From an uncultured Bacillota bacterium (GTDB lineage Bacteria; Bacillota; DTU025; MWDF01), in the NCBI GenBank assembly GCA_963823655.1, contig CAWGMK010000004.1:87550-151549 (forward strand): a DNA stretch of 64,000 bases, written 5' to 3'. The first letter of the stretch is position 1. The number at the start of each line of letters is the position of its first letter. Below the pieces are notes generated by a model. That model had not been told where the DNA came from and ran no database searches. It saw nothing but the letters and a program-made list of their open reading frames with translations. The position numbers and the translations under genes were made by a program. Below, piece by piece: positions 10,547 to 20,909 of this stretch.

Positions 10547-12504
10547 CTAGATGCCCGCGGTCAGCGCCTCATGCCTTCTGAACTGGCTTGCGTACAGGTT
10601 GTAGTAGAAGCCCTTCGCGTCCATAAGCTGGCTGTGGTCTCCCCTCTCGATGATCTGCCCGCCCTTTATGACCAGTATCTCGTCGGCGCCTTTGATGGTG
10701 CTGAGCCTGTGCGCGATGACGAAGCTGGTCCTGCCCTTCATGAGCTCCAGCATCGCCTTTTGTATGTGCACCTCGGTCCTGGTGTCGACGCTGCTTGTGG
10801 CCTCGTCCAGTATCAGTATGGAGGGGTCTGCGAGTATCGCCCTTGCGATTGCGAGAAGCTGCCTCTGCCCCTGGCTGAGATTGCCCCCGTCCTCGTTAAG
10901 CACGGTGTCGTAGCCCTCGGGAAGTCGCCTTATGAAGGTGTCGGCGTTGGCGGTTTTAGCAGCCGAGATGACTTCATCGTCGGTTGCGTCCAGCCTGCCG
11001 TACCTGATGTTCTCCTTTACCGACTCCGAGAAGAGGTAGGTGTCCTGGAGCACTATGCCAACAGAGCGCCTCAGGCTCTCCCTGTCCAGCCTTCTTATAT
11101 CGGTCCCGTCGACTTTTATGCTGCCATCGTCCACGTCATAGAAGCGCATGAGAAGGTTCACGACCGTAGTCTTGCCGGCCCCCGTCGGCCCGACCAGGGC
11201 CACTGTCTTGCCTGCTTTCGCATCGATGTCGATGTCCTTGAGCACAGGCACGCCCTTTCGGTATGAGAAGTCCACGCCCTCCAACCGGACGTCTCCGGTA
11301 ACGTCCTCTATCATGAGGCGCTCCTGTGAGTCGTCCCTCTCGTTCTGCTCGTCCATGACCTCGAAGACGCGCTCGGCCCCCGCAATCGCGGACTGAAGCT
11401 GGTTGTACTGGTTGGCGATCTCGTTTATGGGCCTTGCGAACTGCCTTGCGTAGTTCAAAAAGCTTGCCACCAGGCCCACCGTTATCGCAGCCTTGATGAC
11501 CAGCATTCCTCCTGCTACTGCGACCAATGCATAGCTGAGGTTGTTGACAACTATCATTATCCTTGGCACCATGCCGGAATATATCTGGGCCCAGAGGCCG
11601 GATTTCCTGAGCTTCTCGCTTATCCGCTCGAACTCGGCCTCAAGAGGCGCTTCCCTGCTGAAGGCCTTTACGACCTTCTGGCCCGAGACCGTCTCCTCTA
11701 TGAAGCCGTTGAGCTCGCCCAAATCCCTCGCCTGGGCCGAGAAGTAACGCCTGGTGCGCTTTGCGATAAGCGTCGTGAAAAGTATGCTTAGAGGTATTGC
11801 GATAAGGCTTATGAAGGTGAGAAGCGGGCTCAGCCAAAGCATCATGGCAAGGGACCCACCACCGTTACCGCGCTTGAGAACACCTGCGTAACCCCCTGGG
11901 AGAGGGCGTTGTTGATGTTCTCCACGTCGTTTATAAGCCTGCTCATGAGCTCGCCGTGCGGGCGGCGGTCGAAGTAGGGCACAGGAAGCTCCTGCACCTT
12001 GTCGAACATGTCCTTCCTCAGCTCCCTTACCGTCTTCAGCGCCACATCGGACATGATGTAAATGGTGAGCCAGGAGGCGAAGGCGGCCGCAAGGTAGATG
12101 GCAATCAGTATTGCCGCAAGGTCGAATATCAGGTCGAAGTCCACATTGCCAAGGCCCTTGGTCATGGCGTCCACGCCCCTGCCTATTAGGTAAGGGCCGG
12201 CAAGCGACAGCAAGGAGCTCGTCAATGCGAGCAGGAAGACGATTATCAGGCGGGATCTCTGCTTCTTAAGATAGCCCCATATCCTTCTGAGGGTGCCTTT
12301 TGTGTCCTTCGCCTTGGAGGCCTCGCTCATGAACCGCCTGCCGGGGCCCCCGCCGAAGCCGGGGCCGCCGCCCATTCCGGGCCTTGGCATCACCGGCTGC
12401 TGAACAGGGTTCGCAGGACCGCCCTTGGCGTAGGACTTGGCTGCGCCCGGCTGGCCGTTCGCTTCAATGTTAGCCGCGGGTTTTGCCCTGTCCCTGCTTT
12501 CCAT
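10547..12504 (-). CDS. Heterodimeric ABC exporter subunit (TM0288-like), frameshift near 11845
   Basis: TMD plus NBD: GPTGAGKT, LSQGQRQL, LDEATSSVD, IAHRLST. Confidence 0.9.
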
Positions 12505-14228
12505 CACGCAGCCTCCTCCCCCAGCTGGGACCTTACTATGTCCCTGTACACGTCGCTGGAGCCAAGTAGCTGCCTGTGGGTGCCGTCGGCGACTACCCTG
12601 CCGTCTTCCAGCACAATTATCCTGTCTGCGTCCATTACCGAGCTTATCCTCTGGGCGATGACTATCGTCGTCATGCCGGCCCCGCTGCTCTTAAGCGCCG
12701 CCTGAAGCCTTTCCTCTGTCCCCATGTCGACGGCGCTGGTGCTGTCGTCCAGTATCAGTATCCTGGGCTTTCTGATAAGTGCCCGGGCTATTGCCAGCCT
12801 CTGCTTCTGCCCGCCCGAGAGGTTCACGCCCTTCTGGCCGACCTGGGTGTCGTAGCCCTTGCGGGAAGGCCGATATGAAGTTGTGGGCCTGGGCCGCCTT
12901 GGCAGCCTCAATAAGCTCCTCTTCCGTGGCATCTTCCTTGCCCCAGAGGATGTTCTCGCGGATGCTTCCCGTGAAGAGCACGGAATCCTGCAGCACCATG
13001 CCGAGGGACTCCCTGAGCTCCAGCAGGTCCATGTCCCGCACATCAGTGCCATCTATCAGCACTGAGCCTGCTGTCGGATCGTAGAAGCGCGGTATGAGGT
13101 TAACAAGGGTCGATTTGCCGGCTCCCGTGGAGCCTAGAATGGCCAGCGTCTGGCCCGGCAGCACGCTAAGTTCAATGTCCTTGAGCACAGGATCTCCCGC
13201 TGAGCCCTCGTAGTGGAAGCTCACTCCCCTGAAATCTATCCTGCCGCCTTTTACTTCGCCTTTGAGCCTCTAGGGCTTGCGATGCTTGAATCGACATCCA
13301 GCACTTCTGCTATCCTGTCGGCCGAAGCCTTCGCCCTTGATATCATCACCATGAGGAATGCCACCATCTGCAGGGCGATGAGTATCTGGGTAATGTAGTT
13401 GATGAAGGCCATTACCTCGCCGACCGTCATCGTCCCTATGTTGACCTTGGCTCCGCCGAACCACAGGACGGCGACCAGGCTTATGTTCATCGTGATCATC
13501 ATGACCGGAGTCGTCAGGCCGACGAGCCTTGTCGCCTTGAGCGCGATTTTGAACAGCTCCTCATTGGACTTGGCAAAGCGCGCCTTCTCGTAATCGGCCC
13601 TTACGAAGGCCTTCACTACCCTGACGCCGGCCAGGTTCTCCCTGGTAACGCTGTTCAATTTGTCGAGCTTCTTCTGCACGACGCCGAACATCGGGAAGCT
13701 CCTGCCCATTATCAGGGCAAGGGCGATGCCGAGCACCGGAAGGGATATGAGGAGGACTGAGGCGAGGCCTGCGTTTATCATGAGCGCCATCACGGCGCCG
13801 CCGATTGCAAGAAGAGGCGCCCGGACAAGCATCCTGAGGCTCATAAGGACTATATGCTGGACCTGCGCCACGTCGTTTGTAAGGCGCGTGATCAATGACG
13901 CCGTCTTGAACTTGTCGAGCTCGGCGAACGAGTAGGACTGGACTTTCGAGAACAGCTCGGCCCTTAAGTCCTTGCCGTAGCCCTGGGACGCTATGCAGGA
14001 GAATATGGTGGCGCCGGTGCCGCCCAGAAGGCCGATAATAGCAATTCCGATCATCTTTGCGCCGACGGAGTAAACATAGGCAAGGTCGCGGTTTGCGACG
14101 CCTATGTCGATTATCTGTACCATCAGCCGCGGCTGCAGCAGGTCCGCCGCCACTTCCAGCATCATCAGAAGCGGCCCCAGCACGATCGCCCACCAATACG
14201 GCTTTATGAATTTGAAAAGCTTCGACAA
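12504..14228 (-). CDS. Heterodimeric ABC exporter subunit with degenerate site (TM0287-like), two frameshifts
   Basis: Three fragments: TMD, GSTGAGKS, then LSGGQKQR with LDDSTSAVD and IAQR (degenerate Walker B and switch). Confidence 0.88.
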
Positions 14229-14271
14229 AACACCCGCCCCTTATGCAAACAACTAAAATCCGCCTCGTTTA

Positions 14272-14712
14272 TTAGGCTTTTACATCAGACGCCGATTCCA
14301 GGCCTTCCTTCATGCTGGCGATAAGCCGCCTTAAGGTTAGGAGCTCCTCGTCGCTCAGGTTCCTGCAGGCGTCCTTCTCCACCATTTCGATGGTGTTCTT
14401 GACCACGGCCTTGACCGTGCCGCCCTTCTTGGTGAGATAGATGCGAAACACCCTCAGGTCCTTGGTGTCAGGAATCTTTTCTATCAGGCCCGCCTTCTGA
14501 AGCCTTCTGAGCATGATGGTCACCGAAGCCGGCTTCAGGTTCATCTTCTCGCCCAGGCTCTTCTGTGTCATGCCCTCGTCCTTGAATATGGTAAAGAGCA
14601 TGGGGGCCTGGCCCGGGTGCACGCCGTGCCCTTCAAGCAGCTTCTGAATCCTCGCCCGCTTGGCCTTCATAAGTCCGCCTATTAGGGAGATAATGCCCTC
14701 TTCCCTTCCCAT
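14272..14712 (-). CDS. MarR family regulator
   Basis: GMTQKSLGEKMNLKPASVTIMLRRLQKAGLI..D.KDLR..IYLT; GGAGGTG RBS before ATG 14712. Confidence 0.9.
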   Translation of the reverse strand: MGREEGIISLIGGLMKAKRARIQKLLEGHGVHPGQAPMLFTIFKDEGMTQKSLGEKMNLKPASVTIMLRRLQKAGLIEKIPDTKDLRVFRIYLTKKGGTVKAVVKNTIEMVEKDACRNLSDEELLTLRRLIASMKEGLESASDVKA

Positions 14713-14784
14713 GTGCCACCTCCGAAACATTTAGACGTGTAACTAAAATAAATTATATGCCTTATCGGCACCTCGTGCAAAGCA

Positions 14785-14809
14785 GAAGGCCCCCTTAAGG
14801 AGGCCTTCC
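14785..14809. terminator. Intrinsic terminator-like hairpin
   Basis: GAAGGCC-CCCTTAAGG-AGGCCTTC. Confidence 0.6.
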
Positions 14810-14853
14810 GGGTGATTTTGCGGTACGAAATTCGATACAAAGGCAAGTCTAGA

Positions 14854-15312
14854 TCAAAAACCCCTTGTCCCTGCCTTTTTGCTGCGCTTTTTGGCAGCTT
14901 CTATGTAATCCTTCTGCCAGTCGCCCATGGCCTGCTTGTCGATCTCCAGCAGGGCCGAGAACACTTTCCATATCGATCTGCCCTCTTCATTGGTCGTGTC
15001 GATCTCCTCCTTGAAGGAGACGATGTCGACATCCTTCAACCTTAAAGCCTCTATGATCTGGAGCAGGTCCCTGGTTGACTTGGCAAGCCTGGTTATAGAC
15101 TCCACATAAAGGACGTCGCCCTTTTTCAGGGCTGTCATCATCTTGTAGAACTCGGGCCTGCTCGTATCCTTTTCGCCGCCCTCGTCCGCAAAGAGGGCCT
15201 CAACTAGCGGTCGGATGGCCTCCTCCTGCCGGTCTGCGACAGATTCTGCAGTAAGAACGCGTATGTAGCCGACTTTGGCCAAATTTGCCTGCCTCCCCTC
15301 ATGCTTTGACAA
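14854..15312 (-). CDS. Serine recombinase (resolvase) catalytic-domain protein, degenerate, no HTH
   Basis: GYIRVLT..RQ, RPEF..M, GDVLYVESITRLAKSTRDL, E.IDT; ends shortly after helix E. Confidence 0.75.
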   Translation of the reverse strand: MSKHEGRQANLAKVGYIRVLTAESVADRQEEAIRPLVEALFADEGGEKDTSRPEFYKMMTALKKGDVLYVESITRLAKSTRDLLQIIEALRLKDVDIVSFKEEIDTTNEEGRSIWKVFSALLEIDKQAMGDWQKDYIEAAKKRSKKAGTRGF

Positions 15313-15330
15313 ATAACTCCACTGAAGACG

Positions 15331-16129
15331 CTATTTGGATGAAGTCCTGACCCGCCTCCACCTTCTCGCGATGAATGCTGTCGAAATCCCTCGCGGGACT
15401 ATTGAGCTTGCGACGCGCACCAGCTTGTTCAAAGCGCCGGGCACTACGACCGTCTTCCCTCTTATGGCGGCTTCAACCGCAACATATGCCGCGCGTCCGA
15501 CCTCCGTCATAGTGGCTGCTCCCCAGAATCCCTGGACGCGGATCCTCTCCACCGTGCCCGGGTTCGTAGGAATGCCGGCGGGGCAGAACGCCGTCACGGT
15601 GACGCCGCTGCCTTTCATCTCGGCCGCCACCGCCTGGGAAAGGTTCAGAAGATACCTCTTGGAGGATGAGTAGGCCGCTTTGAACGGCATGGGGTTGAAG
15701 GCGGCCATGCTGGACATGTTGAGTATGAAGAGCCTGGTATCGTTCTTTGTGCGCGGCAATGGCCGATCTCATCAAATCGGTAGTGACAATTACATTTATC
15801 CTGAGTATGGAAAGAAGGCTCTCCCTTGGTATGTCGGCGAGCCTGCCCTCGGATTCGGTGCCCGCGCAGTTCACAAGCCCGGAAAGCTCCCATCTGCCGG
15901 CCTCGATGTCTTTGCAAAGGCCTGCTCTTTGTACATCGTCCGACAGGTCCATAGCCAATGTCTCGCAATTGACGCCGTGCATGCACTTCAAGCCGTCCGC
16001 GATGCTGCAAAGCCTGCCCTCGTCCAGGTCCAGGAGCACGATATCATAGCCTCTTGAAGCCAGCTCGTGGCACAATGGCCTGCCAAGCCCCCCGGCCGCT
16101 CCCGTTACGAGAACAAAGCCCAAAAGCAC
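15331..16129 (-). CDS. SDR oxidoreductase, frameshift near 15755
   Basis: VTGAAGGLG, NCAG, NMSS, YSSSK motifs across two fragments. Confidence 0.85.
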
Positions 16130-16249
16130 CACCCCCATAAGAGAGATAGGTAAGCTAAGTTTGTCGAGCGGCATGCTCGATTACTTTTCAGCACAATGAT
16201 AGCATATAGGCAGATGGCAGGGCCCGTAACTCAAATGCGGGAGGCTAAC

Positions 16250-17146
16250 ATGTCAGCAGCTTATTCGCCAAATACCATAGTCGTAACAGGAGCGACGTCA
16301 GGCTTAGGAAGGGCCGCGGCAATGGCGCTTGCCGCTCGGGGCATCCATGTAATCGGCACAGGCAGGAGCCCCGAAAAGATGGCAGAGCTTAGAAGCGCAA
16401 TACTTGGTGCCAATCCGGGCGCAAGATTCGATGGGCTGATCGCCGACTTCGCGTCTTTGAAGGAAGTCAGAAGGCTCGCCGATGAAATCAGCGAGCTGGT
16501 TAAAAGAGAGAGCGGGGGCAAGCTCGACTGCCTGATGAACATCGCCGGCGCGTTCTCGGGATGGCAGCAGACGACTGCAGAAGGTTATGAAATGCAGTTT
16601 GCGGTAAACCACCTCGCCCCGTTCCTGCTTACAAACCTGTTGAAGCCCCTGCTTTGCGGCGATCACGCATCAAGGGTAATTACAATGAGCTCGAAGTCCC
16701 ATTACCACGCCTGGATGAGATGGGACGATCTTATGCAAAGCAGGCGTTACATCCACCTTTTCGCCTATATGCAGTCGAAGCTGGCGAATGTGCTCTTCAG
16801 CTATGGCCTGAACGACAGGTTCAAATCCGAGGGCGGCTTCAGGGCCTATGCCGTCTCCCCACGCCTTGTGGATACGGAAATCGGGTCTAAGTCCTCGATG
16901 GGCCTTGCCGGCTTCGTATGGAAGCTTAGGGGCAGAGGGGGCCGCACGGCCGAGGAAGGCGCCCGCACCTGCATAATGCTTGCAACCGAGAGCGAGCTGG
17001 CATGCCCTGATGAGGTCTACTGGCAGGATGATGCGCCTTGCCGTCACAGCAGAAGGTCCAAGGACAGGGCGGATGCCGACAGGCTGTGGGACATTTCCGC
17101 AAAGCTCGTAGGTTGGACCCAAGTAAGCTCGTTGTTAGGGCATTAG
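16250..17146 (+). CDS. SDR oxidoreductase (retinol dehydrogenase/WWOX-like)
   Basis: TGATSGLG, FAVNHLAPFLLT, YMQSKLAN. Confidence 0.9.
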   Translation: MSAAYSPNTIVVTGATSGLGRAAAMALAARGIHVIGTGRSPEKMAELRSAILGANPGARFDGLIADFASLKEVRRLADEISELVKRESGGKLDCLMNIAGAFSGWQQTTAEGYEMQFAVNHLAPFLLTNLLKPLLCGDHASRVITMSSKSHYHAWMRWDDLMQSRRYIHLFAYMQSKLANVLFSYGLNDRFKSEGGFRAYAVSPRLVDTEIGSKSSMGLAGFVWKLRGRGGRTAEEGARTCIMLATESELACPDEVYWQDDAPCRHSRRSKDRADADRLWDISAKLVGWTQVSSLLGH

Positions 17147-17152
17147 CAGCGC

Positions 17153-17181
17153 AGCTCCCGGATTTGCAGATCCGGGGAGCT
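17153..17181. terminator. Hairpin/terminator, copy 1
   Basis: AGCTCCCGGAT...ATCCGGGGAGCT followed by TCTTT. Confidence 0.75.
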
Positions 17182-17317
17182 TCTTTGCGGCACTAGCTTG
17201 ATTCCATGTCTTCGAATAGTGAAATTATTGCACACTGAATGAAGGTTTTACGGATAGATGCGACTTAGAAAGCAACCATCATAGAGTATTCTGCTTATAT
17301 GAGGAGGCGTACTGGAT

Positions 17318-18023
17318 TTGAAGATCAAGGACAGCATTTTGGCAGCAGTTGTGTCGTTTTGGCCCTCGCGATGGTCCTTTCCGGCTGTGAGGGAAGCTAC
17401 TTCTTCAGCTTCAAGGTCGAGCAGGACCTTGTAAATGAGGCAAGGGGCATGGTATGCGGTTGGAGAGGAGGACGATGAGTACTACTTCCAGACAGGAGGG
17501 CGCGAATTTCCGCAATTCATGCTTCACGGCTCCCTTAAGAGTTCAGCGGAGATTTCACAATGACCGTCGAAGTTCAGACTCATTGCCGACCTCACGCACA
17601 AATATAATTTCGGCATAGTGCTAAGCGACACGCTATTACTATGAGCTTGGACCGACAAGAACAAGCTGACGCTTGAAGTATATAACGGCGGCGGCACGGA
17701 TACCTACAGCGTGAAAGACGCCAACGACGATGGCTGGACGAACATCCATAGCTAGAAGAAGCCGCATTGGTTCCCGGCCTTGTCTATGACGGAGACAACA
17801 CTTTCGTGCTTACCAAGACGGGAGATCATATCCATATGGAGATCAACGATGTCCAAGCCGCCGACTACGATTATACGAATCTACAATTCGAGGTGGTTCA
17901 TCCCGACCGTGTTCGCTTATGCCCTGGATAGCCCACGATACGGCATACGGCTTTACGCTTGAAAGCGTAGAAGTGGAATATAAAGGGTCCTCTTCGAAAG
18001 CGCCGGCACCTCCTACCCCATAG
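17318..18023 (+). CDS. Lipoprotein paralogue A, heavily frameshifted
   Basis: GAGGAGG RBS + TTG, LSGC lipobox, SYFFSFKVEQDLVN; nucleotide paralogue of 18217-18915. Confidence 0.6.
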
Positions 18024-18049
18024 CCCCTGTTATTAGCGCGATTAGCGGC

Positions 18050-18084
18050 GAAGCTCCCCGGATTTTGATGATCCGGGGAGCTTC
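18050..18084. terminator. Hairpin/terminator, copy 2
   Basis: GAAGCTCCCCGGAT...ATCCGGGGAGCTTC followed by TTT. Confidence 0.75.
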
Positions 18085-18216
18085 TTTATTGCGCCCACGC
18101 TAATTCCATTTACTTCTTTTCCAGCAAAATTCTGCACGCTCCTTGAAGGAGTCGGGAGCATGCGCTTTGAATAAATCTTTTAATGGCATATTCTGCGATA
18201 TAAGGAGGGTACGGAT

Positions 18217-18915
18217 TTGAAGCCGGGACGCATCTTCGCATTTATGCTCGTATTGGCGATCACGCTGATCCTTGCCGGCTGTAAGAGGAGCTATTTCTTC
18301 AGCTTCAAGGCGGAGCAGAGACCTTGTAAACAGCAACGGGGCATGGTATGCGTCGGTGAAGAGGACGATGAGTACTTCTTCCAGGCAGAAGGGGCCAATT
18401 TCCGGATACATGCTTCACGCGCCCCTAAGAGGTTCAGCGGGGATTTCACAATGACAGTCAAGTTCAGGCTCTTTGCGGACCTCACGCACAGATATAGTTT
18501 CGGCGTAGCATTAAGCGACGGTTACTTCTATGAGCGGTGACTCAGAACAACCTGGTATGGGACGTCAGCAATGCCGGAGCAGAGGATGACTACAATGTCG
18601 AAGATCAGGAACGATCACGGCGGCTACGAAAATGTACAGCCAGGAAAAGGCCCCTGTGCCGGGCCTTGTCGAAGACGGCTACAACGAGTTCGTGCTGACT
18701 AAGACCGGCGATTCACATATCCATATGGAGATCAATGGTGAATTGATGGCCGCCGAATTCGATGTCGAATACTAGAATCTAGATGGTTCATACCCACCAT
18801 TTACGCCTAGCCTCTGGATATGTCCATACCAGCCTACGGCTTTACTCTGGAAAGCGTGAGGGTGGATTACAACGGGTCTATTATGAATTCGCCCCCGCCG
18901 CCTGTACTGCCATAG
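18217..18915 (+). CDS. Lipoprotein paralogue B, frameshifted
   Basis: MKPGRIFAFMLVLAITLILAGC lipobox, APKRFSGDFTMTVKF, tail GFTLESVRVDYNGS. Confidence 0.65.
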
Positions 18916-18950
18916 CATAATCCTTAGCAGGAGACTGAAGCATATAGCAG

Positions 18951-18981
18951 AGGGCCCCGGATCTATGAAATCCGGGGCCCT
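18951..18981. terminator. Bidirectional terminator hairpin, copy 3
   Basis: AGGGCCCCGGAT...ATCCGGGGCCCT between convergent genes. Confidence 0.75.
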
Positions 18982-19004
18982 TATTCTTTATCTGATAGTG
19001 CTAT

Positions 19005-20909
19005 TTATGCCGCCAGGCCGGTCTCGAACTGGCTGTTATACAACTTAGCGTAGAAGCCGCCGCGCTTTAGAAGCTCCTCATGGCAGCCCTGCTCAACGAT
19101 GTCGCCGTTGTCCATGACGAGGATGAGGTCCGCGTCCTTGATGGTCGACAGCCTGTGGGCGATTATAAAGCTCGTCCTGCCGTGCATGAGGTTCTCCATC
19201 GCCTTCTGTATGAGGACCTCGGTGCGGGTGTCTACCGAGCTTGTGGCCTCGTCCAGTATCAGTATCCTGGGGTCGGCGAGTATTGCCCTTGCAATGGTCA
19301 GCAGCTGCTTCTCGCCCTGGCTCACATTGCTGGCCTCCTCATTGAGGACCATGTTGTAGCCGTCGGGAAGCGTCTTTACGAACCTGTGTACATGGGCGGC
19401 CTTCGCGGCCTCCTTGACCTGTTCGTCCGTTGCTTCCTGCCTGCCGTAGCGGATGTTCTCCATGATGCTGCCGTTGAACAGCCATGTGTCCTGCAGCACC
19501 ATGCCGAACTCGCGCCTGAGCTCGTCGCGCCTGTAGTCTCTTATGTCCTTGCCGTCGACGAGGATCCTTCCGCTTTCCACATCGTAGAAGCGCATCAGAA
19601 GCTTCACCATGGTGGTCTTTCCGGCGCCTGTGGGCCCTACGATTGCTACGCGCTGGCCGGGCCTTATGAATGCGTTGAAGTCGTTTATTATCGTCTTGCC
19701 GGGCTCGTAGCCGAAGTGCACGTGGTCGAAGACGACCTCGCCATCGATGTTCTCCGCGCTGACGGGCTGTTCAATGTCTGCCACTTCCTCGGGCTCCTCC
19801 ATGAACTCGAACACCCTCTCGGCGGCAGCTGCCGTCGATTGCAGGATGTTTGCCGTCTGCGCCGCCTGCGCGATGGGCTGCGTGAACGAGCGGACGTACT
19901 GCACGAATGCCAATATGTCGCCCACTTGTATGGCCTTCCTTATTGCTAGGTAGCCGCCCATTATCGCAATCAGCACATAGCCGATGTTGCCAATAAAGGA
20001 GATTATCGGGAACATCATGCCTGATAGGAACTGCGACTTCCAGGCCGAGCCGTAGAGCTTGTTGTTTACGGAGTCGAAGTCCGCAACCGTCCGCTCCTCG
20101 GCGTTGAAGGCCTTCATGATCCTGTGCCCGCCGTAGACCTCCTCCACCTTGCCGTTAAGATGCCCTAAGAACTCCTGCTGCATCTTGAAGTACTTCTGCG
20201 ACTGCTTGATGATGACAACCATGAATATCGCGGACATGGGCATTATGACGATGGATGCCGCAGTCATCGTAAGGCTTATCGAGATCATCATCACAAGCAC
20301 GCCTATTAGCGTTGTGATCGAGGTTACTATCTGCGACATGCTCTGGTTCAGCGTCTGGCTTACCGTATCAACGTCGTTGGTCACCCTGGACAGCACTTCG
20401 CCGTGCGTGGTCCCGTCGAAGTACTTCACAGGCAGCCTGTTGATCTTCTCGGAGATGCCCCGCCTGAGGTTATAGGATATCTTCTGTGCGACTCCTGCCA
20501 TTATGTAGCTTTGTATGAAGGAGAAGATCGCGCTTATCGCATACAGGCCTATCAGGTTGAGCAGTATCCTGCCTATGCCTGAAAAGTCTATCGATGCCCC
20601 TTCTACGCCGGTCAGCTTCGCCATCGCGCCTTCGAAGAGCTTGGTGGTGGCATTGCCCAGTATCTTGGGGCCGATTATTGAGAATACCGCGCTGCCTATT
20701 GCGAACAGCAGCACTACGGCGATAATTATCTTGTAGGGCTTTAGCAGGTTCAGGATCTTCTTCCAGGTGCCTTTGAAGTCCTTGGCCTTGCCTACTGCCA
20801 TCCCACCCATATGTCCGCCGCCCATGGGCCCTCCGCCCATCGGGCCGCCTCTGAAGCCTGGCTGCTGGCCCGGCTTGAATTCCTTGTTCTCCGTCTTTAT
20901 ATCGCTCAT
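19005..20909 (-). CDS. Heterodimeric ABC exporter subunit (TM0288-like)
   Basis: Intact 634 aa; GPTGAGKT, VSQGEKQL, LDEATSSVD. Confidence 0.93.
   Translation of the reverse strand: MSDIKTENKEFKPGQQPGFRGGPMGGGPMGGGHMGGMAVGKAKDFKGTWKKILNLLKPYKIIIAVVLLFAIGSAVFSIIGPKILGNATTKLFEGAMAKLTGVEGASIDFSGIGRILLNLIGLYAISAIFSFIQSYIMAGVAQKISYNLRRGISEKINRLPVKYFDGTTHGEVLSRVTNDVDTVSQTLNQSMSQIVTSITTLIGVLVMMISISLTMTAASIVIMPMSAIFMVVIIKQSQKYFKMQQEFLGHLNGKVEEVYGGHRIMKAFNAEERTVADFDSVNNKLYGSAWKSQFLSGMMFPIISFIGNIGYVLIAIMGGYLAIRKAIQVGDILAFVQYVRSFTQPIAQAAQTANILQSTAAAAERVFEFMEEPEEVADIEQPVSAENIDGEVVFDHVHFGYEPGKTIINDFNAFIRPGQRVAIVGPTGAGKTTMVKLLMRFYDVESGRILVDGKDIRDYRRDELRREFGMVLQDTWLFNGSIMENIRYGRQEATDEQVKEAAKAAHVHRFVKTLPDGYNMVLNEEASNVSQGEKQLLTIARAILADPRILILDEATSSVDTRTEVLIQKAMENLMHGRTSFIIAHRLSTIKDADLILVMDNGDIVEQGCHEELLKRGGFYAKLYNSQFETGLAA

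Noticed and set aside
17150-18981. Integron cassette array
   Set aside because: The hairpins lack RYYYAAC/GTTRRRY attC ends, each gene has its own leader, and no integron integrase is present.
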